From NCBI RefSeq assembly GCF_018006725.1, contig NZ_JAGMXV010000001.1, positions 6,831 through 70,830 on the forward strand: a stretch of DNA of 64,000 nt, in the 5' to 3' direction. Source of the stretch: Rhizorhabdus sp. (GTDB lineage: Bacteria; Pseudomonadota; Alphaproteobacteria; Sphingomonadales; Sphingomonadaceae). The notes below the pieces were generated by a model. It was not told where the DNA came from. It saw nothing but the letters and a program-made list of their open reading frames with translations, and ran no database searches. Shown piece after piece: positions 38,542 through 46,144 of this stretch; the first letter of the stretch is position 1, and each line of letters starts with the position of its first letter. The position numbers and the translations under genes were made by a program.

Positions 38542-40350
38542 TCAGTCGACACGCTGCCAGAGCTTGAGGGAGCTGCCCTTGAGCGGCACCGGACGCAACC
38601 ACGGCGGCGGCTTCCCGGCCAGCAGCAACGCCATGAGCCCGAGAGGAGCGGCCTTCGCATAGATGCCGGCCTCACTCCCCGCCGGGTCGATCAGCAGCAG
38701 GCGCATCGACCGATCCACCATCAGGCGGTGGGCGACTTCAGGCGGGCCGGTGAAGGCGTCGATCACGCGCCGCATGGCCGGCGCCCCGCGATGGTGGCCG
38801 CTCGCCGCATAGCTGTGCGGCGTCAGCAGCAGCAGGCGAGGTGTGAGGTCGAGTCCGGTCAGCACCCGGCTCGGTGGCAGCTGTGCCAGACCGGAGAGCC
38901 CTGTGCAGGGGGCGAAACAGGAGCGACCCTGCGTAGCGCCTGCTACATCCTGCGTCGTGGTACCGGTGGGGCGGAGTGCCAGCAGGCCTTCTCCCGCAAT
39001 CATCGCGCCGATCGGCGACAGCGCCATGATCGCGAACGCGCTGCCGGCGATGCGAACCGCGGACAGGCGCTGCCGCCCGATCCGGTCGAGCGCTCGTGCC
39101 AGCAGCCACGCCGCGCCCGGAAGTGCGCAGGCCTGCGCAAAGCCGCCGGTACGCTGGACGAGCAGCGACAGCAGAAAGGATCCGCCGGCCAGCGCCAGCA
39201 TCGTCGTCCAGTTGCGCATGGCGGCGGTTTCGCGCCGCGCCGCGCGCCATGCGAGCAGGCTGCCGCTGAGGCCGACAAGCGGGAAGAGCAGCAGCAGCAT
39301 GGCGTTGCCCGGCGCCTGCCGCCATATCGGCAGGCCTTCGGGGACATTTTCATACCAGAAGCGGCGGACGACTGGGTCGAGCTGGCCGAAGGGGCCGGAA
39401 AGACAGGCCGGCGCCGTCGTCATCAGCAGGGCGCCGCCCAACGCTGCTGCGGCGGTAAGAAGGAGCAGCTTCGGCCTCGGGCCTTTGTTATCTGCCCACC
39501 ACCCTCCCATTCCCGCCAGCAGCGGCGTCGCCGCCAACGGTCCCAGCCAGGCGGGGCTCACCGCGTCGCACCAGGGGCGCGACCAGGCAGCGAGATCGTG
39601 GGTGGCAGCGAACAGCGCGAGCGTGCCCCCGCCGAGCGCGAGGGCGAAAGCGGGGAAGCGGCCGCCCCCCTCGCCTGCGGTCCAGCGCAGCGCCAGGAGC
39701 AGGCCGAGCAGACCCGCCATCGGCAGTGCCTCGAGCGAAACGGCGAGCCACAGGGCCGTGGCGATGCCCGACAGCAGCCCGCCGCGCACCGCCTTGCGAT
39801 CGAAGGCCGCAGCGATGGCGGTCATACCGAGCATCGTCTGCCAGCCATGATGGTCGATCCGCAGCGGCAGCAGGTGGAACAGCATGAGCGGGGCGGTGGT
39901 GCCCAGCATTGCGGCGAGCAACGCGGTGCGCCGGTCCGTCAGACGTGCGGTCAGAAGAGCGATGGCGCCAAGAAGTCCACCCAGCGTGATCAGCGGGATG
40001 ACGACCGCCGCGAGCCGTTCCGCCGCACCGATCCCGATCAGCGGCTTGGCAAGCAGGATGATCGCGGCGAGCGGCAGGTCGACCAGGCGCGACCAGTGCA
40101 TCGGCACGCCACCCGGCGGATCGATGCGATATTGGGTGACGTCGAAAAAGCTCTGCCCGCAGAGCCAGTCGCGCACTTGCTGCAGCCGCAGATAATCGTC
40201 GGGGTCCCACATTTCGAGCGGACCGACATGCGGCCATGCCATGGCGGTCAGGATGGAGCAGGCGAGCAGCCACAGCGCGACCACGCCGAGGACGAGGCGC
40301 GGGCGCGACAAGGCGTACTTCGCCTCCGGGTCATCGGCTAGGGCCGCCAT
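38542..40350 (-). CDS. Polytopic GT-C-type membrane protein, paralogue of 32701-34515
   Basis: 'DPDDYLRL', 'HWSRLVDLP', 'PLRIDHHGWQ', 'NVPEGLP', 'GLDLTPRL'. Confidence 0.6.
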   Translation of the reverse strand: MAALADDPEAKYALSRPRLVLGVVALWLLACSILTAMAWPHVGPLEMWDPDDYLRLQQVRDWLCGQSFFDVTQYRIDPPGGVPMHWSRLVDLPLAAIILLAKPLIGIGAAERLAAVVIPLITLGGLLGAIALLTARLTDRRTALLAAMLGTTAPLMLFHLLPLRIDHHGWQTMLGMTAIAAAFDRKAVRGGLLSGIATALWLAVSLEALPMAGLLGLLLALRWTAGEGGGRFPAFALALGGGTLALFAATHDLAAWSRPWCDAVSPAWLGPLAATPLLAGMGGWWADNKGPRPKLLLLTAAAALGGALLMTTAPACLSGPFGQLDPVVRRFWYENVPEGLPIWRQAPGNAMLLLLFPLVGLSGSLLAWRAARRETAAMRNWTTMLALAGGSFLLSLLVQRTGGFAQACALPGAAWLLARALDRIGRQRLSAVRIAGSAFAIMALSPIGAMIAGEGLLALRPTGTTTQDVAGATQGRSCFAPCTGLSGLAQLPPSRVLTGLDLTPRLLLLTPHSYAASGHHRGAPAMRRVIDAFTGPPEVAHRLMVDRSMRLLLIDPAGSEAGIYAKAAPLGLMALLLAGKPPPWLRPVPLKGSSLKLWQRVD

Positions 40351-40366
40351 GGCGGTTCGATCGGGA

Positions 40367-41917
40367 TCAGGCGGCCTTGCGGCCCGGCAGGCGGGTCGGC
40401 ACCTGCCGCTCGGAGGCCAACGCCGCCTTCACGCCAACGGCGTCGGTCGGCCCTTCCTCGCCCTCGCGTCCGGCCTCGTGATATTCGGCGTCTTCGTTGA
40501 CCGACCAGACATCGTGACGGCGCCTGCCGGCGGCGATGTTCCGCGCGGTGAGCATCGCCGTCATCATCGCATGGTCCTGATTGTTGTAGCGATGCATGCC
40601 GTTGCGGCCGACGAAGTGGAGGGTCGGATAGCGGCTCTCCAGCTCGGTTCGGACCGCCGCGACATTGTCGGCATAGGCATCGTCATAGACCGGATAGGCC
40701 TTTTCCTGCCGCACCACCGCGCCGCCGACGACTTGCCTGGGATCGCACAGGCCCAGTTCGGCCAGCTCGCGCTTGGCGAGTTCGATCAGCGCCTCGTCGG
40801 ACGAGGACCAGAGCCCGTCGCCCTCGAAGCAGAAATATTCGAGGCCGACACAGGCGAGTGCAGGGTCGGGCACCATTTCGGGCGACCAGCTGCGGAAATT
40901 CTGGATGCGGCCGACCTTCACCCGGTCATCGTGGATATAGATCCAGTTGTCGGGGAACAGGTCCTCCGACCGGATCATCAGCGCGACCGTCAGGAAGTCG
41001 CGATAGCCGAGCGACATCGCCTGCGGCAGGCTTTCGGGCAGCGGATGCAGCCGGGTGGCGAGTTCGCGCATCGGCGCCGAGCTGATCACATGATCGGCCG
41101 TCATCAGGGTCAGCCGCCCGGCCTCGTCCATCGCCGCGATCCGCCACAGGCCAGCGGTCTCGTCCCACGACAGCTGGTGAAGCCGGTGCCCCATCAATAG
41201 GCAATTGCCCTGTTCGAGGATGCGGTCGCGGGCCGCGTCCCACATCATGCCGGGGCCCTTGCGCGGGTAACGGAAGCTTTCGAGCAGCGTCTTGGCCTGC
41301 ATCCCGTCATTGGGCTTGCGGTTGAGGCCCAGCGAGCGGCGGATGCCGTCGAGCACCGCCTTGCCCAGGCTTAGCCCCTTGATTCGTTGCGCGGCCCAGT
41401 CTGCCGACATCTCGCTGCACGGCATGCCCCAGACCTTCTCGGTGTAGGTCTTGAAGAAAATGCCGAACAGGCGCGACCCGAACTGGTTGACCACCCATTG
41501 TTCGAAGCTGCGCACCTCGCGATGCGGGAACAGCTTCCAGCGGAAGAAGCTCGCCATGCACAGGGTCGACTGGATCAGCCCCAGATTGCGCAGCGCCTCG
41601 AAGGCGCGCAGCGGATAGCTATAAAATTTGCCGCGATAGAAAATGCGGCTCATGCGCGGCCGCTCGATGAAGTCGTCGGGCAGCAGCTCGTTCCACAGGT
41701 CGACCACCTCGCGCGACTTGGAGAAGAAGCGGTGCCCGCCGATGTCGAAGCGGAAACCGCGATGCTCGACCGTGCGGCTGATTCCCCCGACCTGCTTCGC
41801 GTCCTTCTCGATCAGAGTGACGGTAAAACCCTGCTTGCCGAGCAGGTAGCCCGCCGTCAGGCCCGCCGGCCCCGCCCCTATGATCGCGACGTCGACATGA
41901 TTGGTGGCGCGGGCCAT
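40367..41917 (-). CDS. FAD-dependent oxidoreductase (HemY/UDP-galactopyranose mutase-like superfamily)
   Basis: 'GAGPAGL', 'GGISRT', 'DIGGHRFFSK', 'YTEKVWG', 'GRNGMHRYNNQDH'. Confidence 0.85.
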   Translation of the reverse strand: MARATNHVDVAIIGAGPAGLTAGYLLGKQGFTVTLIEKDAKQVGGISRTVEHRGFRFDIGGHRFFSKSREVVDLWNELLPDDFIERPRMSRIFYRGKFYSYPLRAFEALRNLGLIQSTLCMASFFRWKLFPHREVRSFEQWVVNQFGSRLFGIFFKTYTEKVWGMPCSEMSADWAAQRIKGLSLGKAVLDGIRRSLGLNRKPNDGMQAKTLLESFRYPRKGPGMMWDAARDRILEQGNCLLMGHRLHQLSWDETAGLWRIAAMDEAGRLTLMTADHVISSAPMRELATRLHPLPESLPQAMSLGYRDFLTVALMIRSEDLFPDNWIYIHDDRVKVGRIQNFRSWSPEMVPDPALACVGLEYFCFEGDGLWSSSDEALIELAKRELAELGLCDPRQVVGGAVVRQEKAYPVYDDAYADNVAAVRTELESRYPTLHFVGRNGMHRYNNQDHAMMTAMLTARNIAAGRRRHDVWSVNEDAEYHEAGREGEEGPTDAVGVKAALASERQVPTRLPGRKAA

Positions 41918-41964
41918 GTGGATTCCCCGGAAATGCTATCAGGGAAGCCATGGAGGCTAAGTCG

Positions 41965-41980
41965 TTAGAACATGGTTAAC
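41965..41980 (-). promoter_or_regulatory. CtrA-like binding box (GTTAACCATGTTCTAA on minus strand)
   Basis: TTAA-N7-CTAA, one mismatch to TTAA-N7-TTAA, containing TTAACCAT; about 48 bp upstream of the oxidoreductase start. Confidence 0.55.
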
Positions 41981-41993
41981 GGCGTTGCCACCT

Positions 41994-43622
41994 TCAGCCG
42001 ACTCCGGTCGGGCCGTCCATCACGATGCGAATTTTCGTTGCAAGGTCCGAGCGTCGATAAGGCTTGTTGAGGATGTCGAACTCGTCGGCTCTCACGTCGA
42101 TCCGTTCGAGCGCGGTCTCGGCGTAACCGGTGGTCAGCAATATCTTGAGATGCGGGCGGTTCCTGCGTGCCTGGCGGGCGAGCTGAACGCCGTTGAGCCG
42201 CCCCGGCATCACCAGGTCGGTGAACAGCATGTCGATATCCTCGTCACTGTTCAGAATCTCGATCGCCTCCATCCCGTTGGGGGCGCGCAGAATGCGATAT
42301 CCGAACTCCTCGAGCACGTCCTGCGCATAAGCGGCGACGTCGGGCTGGTCTTCGACCAGCAGGATCGTCTCGGCGCCCCGGGCGCGCTCGCCTCGCCGCG
42401 AGGGGCGGCTTCCTTCGGGTTCGATCGGGCCGTCCTCGCACGGGAACAGCAGGCGGACCTTCGTCCCGGCCCCTTCGTCGGATTCGACCAGCAATGCGCC
42501 GCCCGACTGGCGCGCGAAGCCATAGACCATCGACAGACCCAGGCCGGTGCCCTTGCCCTGTTCCTTGGTGGTGAAGAAGGGTTCGGTAACCCGCGACAAT
42601 ATGTCGGGGCTCATGCCGGTGCCGGTGTCGCTGATCGTGAGCTGTGCGTAATGGCCGGGGGGCAGCTGGGCGAGAGTAACGCTGCCGTCGCGCACGGCCA
42701 CGGTTGCGGTTTCGATAGTGATGGTACCGCCGCCGGGCATCGCATCGCGTGCGTTGATCACCACGTTCATGATGGCGAGTTCGGCTTGGGTCGTGTCGAT
42801 GCGGGCGTTGCAGGCATGGTCCGAGAAGCGGCTTTCGACCTTGACCTGGTCGGGCAGCGTGCGCTCGATCACCGGCATGAGCTGTTCGATCATCTCGTTG
42901 ACGTTGATGATCCGCCCGTCGAGCCGCTGCTTGCGCGCGAAGGCGAGCATCTGCTGGGTCAGCGAACTGCCGCGCTCCGCAGCCTGCGAGATAGCCTCGA
43001 CCTGACGTCGCGCCTTGGCGAAGTCGAATCGCTCGGGCTGTTCGAGCCGGTTCTTCAATATGTCGGAGAAGCCCTGGATCACGGTCAGGAGATTGTTGAA
43101 ATCATGCGCGATCCCGCCGCTCAGCTGGCCGATCGCCTCCATCTTTTGCGCCTGGCGCAGCGCGTCCTCGGCATCGCGTCGGCGGCTGACGTCGAGCTGC
43201 GACCCGAAATAATAGATGAGCTTGCCGTCGCGATCGAACACGGGGGAGACGAACAGCGCGTTCCAGAAACTTGCGCCGCTCTTCTTGTAGTTCAGTATCT
43301 CGACGGCGGTTTCGCGGCGTTCGGCGATCGCGCGGCGGACCTCGGCCACAGTGTCCCGGTCGGTGTCGGGACCCTGCATCAGCCGGCAATTCTTCCCGAT
43401 CAGTTCCTCGGGGGTGTAGCCGGTCATGTTCAGGAAGGCCGGATTGGCGAAGACGATCGGATGGTCCGGCGCGTGCGGGTCGGTCACGATCATGGGCATG
43501 CGCGTCGCCCGCACCGCCGCGAAGAAGATCGCGTTGTGCTCGTCGCACATGTCCGGATTGGCGCCTGCGCTCTGCAGGGGGGCGGGGCCGCCGGGGGGCA
43601 TGTCCGAACGATCGTGCGTCAC
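41994..43622 (-). CDS. LOV-histidine kinase-receiver hybrid (blue-light sensor)
   Basis: LOV 'GKNCRLMQG', H-box 'AHDFNNLL', '[15 protein letters not shown]', REC domain; start at GTG 43622 or ATG 43649. Confidence 0.9.
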   Translation of the reverse strand: MTHDRSDMPPGGPAPLQSAGANPDMCDEHNAIFFAAVRATRMPMIVTDPHAPDHPIVFANPAFLNMTGYTPEELIGKNCRLMQGPDTDRDTVAEVRRAIAERRETAVEILNYKKSGASFWNALFVSPVFDRDGKLIYYFGSQLDVSRRRDAEDALRQAQKMEAIGQLSGGIAHDFNNLLTVIQGFSDILKNRLEQPERFDFAKARRQVEAISQAAERGSSLTQQMLAFARKQRLDGRIINVNEMIEQLMPVIERTLPDQVKVESRFSDHACNARIDTTQAELAIMNVVINARDAMPGGGTITIETATVAVRDGSVTLAQLPPGHYAQLTISDTGTGMSPDILSRVTEPFFTTKEQGKGTGLGLSMVYGFARQSGGALLVESDEGAGTKVRLLFPCEDGPIEPEGSRPSRRGERARGAETILLVEDQPDVAAYAQDVLEEFGYRILRAPNGMEAIEILNSDEDIDMLFTDLVMPGRLNGVQLARQARRNRPHLKILLTTGYAETALERIDVRADEFDILNKPYRRSDLATKIRIVMDGPTGVG

Positions 43623-43667
43623 ATATCCTCGCTGTATATCGGAGCCCATTACGCCGGGCCCGTTCTG

Positions 43668-43692
43668 AACGTTCAAAGTCCCCAATGGTTCA
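43668..43692 (-). promoter_or_regulatory. sigma-EcfG-like promoter TGAAC-N16-CGTT
   Basis: Directly upstream of the LOV kinase. Confidence 0.55.
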
Positions 43693-43740
43693 GCGGCTTG
43701 CTCCGCACCAAGGAACAGGTAGGTTCGGATGGAGGGCGCC

Positions 43741-43766
43741 GGAACAGACGATTGGCGCCGCTTGTT
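43741..43766 (+). promoter_or_regulatory. sigma-EcfG-like promoter GGAAC-N17-TGTT
   Basis: About 70 bp upstream of the YdeP-like gene. Confidence 0.5.
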
Positions 43767-43836
43767 CCGCCTTCGTGGCGTAGGATCGGGATGTCCCGCT
43801 GAGGCGATGGCGGACCAGTCGAGGATGAGGTGCAGC

Positions 43837-46137
43837 ATGGCGGACGACCAACCGGCAGAGGCGGCCCTCACCGCGCCGACAGTGGCGTATAGCGGACCGG
43901 TAGGTGGCTGGGGCTCGGTGCGCGGGATGATCGGGACGCTCAGATCGTCCGGTGCAGGGGCGGGGGCGCTGGCCACGCTGGCGGACCTCAACAAGCCCGG
44001 CGGAACGATGTGCACTTCCTGTGCCTGGACCAAGGTTCCCAATCCGGGCCTCGTCGAATTCTGCGAAAATGGTGCCAAGGCCACTTTGTGGGACCTGACC
44101 GGCGACCGGTGCACGCCGGACTTCTTCGCAAAGCACCCCGTATCGGAGATCGCAGACTGGTCGGACTATGATCTGGAGCGGGTCGGCCGGCTCACTCATC
44201 CGATGCGCTACGACGCGGCGAGCGATCGCTATGTCGAGACCGGCTGGGGCGAAGCCTTTGCCGCGATCGGCGCCGAACTCCGGCGTCTGGAGCCGAAGTC
44301 GACCACCTTCTATGCTTCGGGCAAGGCCGCGCTCGAAGCCTCCTACCTCTATGCACTGTTCGCTCGCGTCTATGGGCACAACAACCTGCCCGACAGTTCG
44401 AACATGTGCCACGAGACGACCTCGGTCGCGCTCAAGACCGTGCTGGGTACGCCGGTCGGCACCTGCACCTTCGACGACCTCGCGCATTGCGACGCCATTT
44501 TCTACGTCGGGCAGAATCCCGGCACCAATTCGCCGCGTATCCTCCACCCGCTCAAGGACGCGGTCGATCGCGGCTGCCGGATCGTCGCCTTCAATCCCCT
44601 CAAGGAAAAGGGGCTGATCGCCTTCGCCGATCCGCAGAGCCCCGCCGACATGCTGCTGGGACGATCGACGCCGATCGCCAGCCATTATGTGCAGGTCCGT
44701 CCCGGTGGGGACATCGCCGCGCTGACCGGGGTGGCAAAGCACGTCCTGGCGCTCGATGCCGAAGACCGGTCACGCGGGGGCGCGGGCCTGCTCGATCGCG
44801 CTTTTCTGGACGAACATTGCCACGGTTTGGCCGACTGGCTCCGCTTCGTCGAGCAGAGCGACTGGGCCGATATCGAGCGCCAGTCAGGAGTCGGCCGGGC
44901 GGAGCTGGAGACGGCGGGCGCCATCTATGCGGCCTCCGAACGGGTCATCGGTATCTATGGCATGGGCCTGACCCAGCATGTCCACGGGTCGCAGGCGATC
45001 GGTGCGCTGGTCAATCTGTTGCTGTTGCGCGGCAATGTCGGGCGGAAGGGCGCGGGGTGCCAGCCCATCAGGGGCCACAGCAATGTCCAGGGCCAGCGGA
45101 CGGTGGGGGTCACCGAAAAGCCCGAGCTCGCGCCGAACGAGAAATATCGCGAACTGTTCGGGTTCGAGCCGCCGATGGACAAGGGCCACAATACGGTCGA
45201 GTTCCTCGAAGCCTTGCTCGCCGGCGAAGCGCGGGGTTTCATCGGCCTCGGCGGCAATCTGGTGCGGGCAGTGCCCGACCAGGATCGTGTGGCCAAGGCG
45301 TGGCGCGGACTAGACCTGACCGTCCATGTCGCGACCCGGCTCAACCGGACGCATCTGTTGCCGGGGCGTTCATCCTGGCTGCTGCCCTGTCTCGTCCGGG
45401 CAGAGGAGGATGTTCAGGCCAGCGGCCCGCAGCAGGTGAGCATGGAGGACAGTTTCAGCCATATCCACGGCTCGATCGGCCGGCGGGCGCCGGCCAGCCC
45501 GAATCTGCGCTCGGAGGTCGCGATCGTGGCCGGCCTCGCCAAGGCCGCGCTCGAGCCGAGCGACAGGCTGCGCTGGGATGCTTGGATGGCGGATTACAGC
45601 CTAATCCGGGAGCTGATAGCCCACACCTGGCCGGACCAGTTCGCCGACATGAACCGACGGATCAACGAGCCCGGCGGCTTCTATCGCGGCAACAGTGCCC
45701 ATGACCGGATATGGAAGACCGAAAGCGGCAAGGCACAGTTCACGCTGCCCACGTCGCTCGACAGCGCCGATCTCGCCGATCGTCCCGGTCGCTTCCGGCT
45801 GATCACGCTCCGGTCGAACGACCAGTTCAACACGACCGTCTATGGCATGTCCGACCGGCTGCGAGGGATCGAGGGCGACCGTATGATCGTGATGATGGCA
45901 CCCGCCGACATGGCCGCGATGGGGATCGAGAAGGGGCAGCGCGTCACCCTGGTCGGGGACGCGGCCGACGGTATCGCCCGGATGGTCGAGGGGCTGGCGG
46001 TCATCCCCTATGATTTGCCCCGCGGCGCACTCGCCGGCTATTTTCCCGAGCTCAACCCGTTATCGCCGCTGTCGCGTCACGACCTCGCTTCGGGTACGCC
46101 CGCCGCCAAGGCGATCCCGGTTCGCATTCTCGCCTGA
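43837..46137 (+). CDS. FdhF/YdeP family molybdopterin oxidoreductase
   Basis: 'GGWGS', 'C.SCAW', 'FCENGAKA', 'PDSSNMCHE', 'RGHSNVQG', 'TLRSNDQFNTT'. Confidence 0.92.
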   Translation: MADDQPAEAALTAPTVAYSGPVGGWGSVRGMIGTLRSSGAGAGALATLADLNKPGGTMCTSCAWTKVPNPGLVEFCENGAKATLWDLTGDRCTPDFFAKHPVSEIADWSDYDLERVGRLTHPMRYDAASDRYVETGWGEAFAAIGAELRRLEPKSTTFYASGKAALEASYLYALFARVYGHNNLPDSSNMCHETTSVALKTVLGTPVGTCTFDDLAHCDAIFYVGQNPGTNSPRILHPLKDAVDRGCRIVAFNPLKEKGLIAFADPQSPADMLLGRSTPIASHYVQVRPGGDIAALTGVAKHVLALDAEDRSRGGAGLLDRAFLDEHCHGLADWLRFVEQSDWADIERQSGVGRAELETAGAIYAASERVIGIYGMGLTQHVHGSQAIGALVNLLLLRGNVGRKGAGCQPIRGHSNVQGQRTVGVTEKPELAPNEKYRELFGFEPPMDKGHNTVEFLEALLAGEARGFIGLGGNLVRAVPDQDRVAKAWRGLDLTVHVATRLNRTHLLPGRSSWLLPCLVRAEEDVQASGPQQVSMEDSFSHIHGSIGRRAPASPNLRSEVAIVAGLAKAALEPSDRLRWDAWMADYSLIRELIAHTWPDQFADMNRRINEPGGFYRGNSAHDRIWKTESGKAQFTLPTSLDSADLADRPGRFRLITLRSNDQFNTTVYGMSDRLRGIEGDRMIVMMAPADMAAMGIEKGQRVTLVGDAADGIARMVEGLAVIPYDLPRGALAGYFPELNPLSPLSRHDLASGTPAAKAIPVRILA

Positions 46138-46144
46138 TCGTCGG

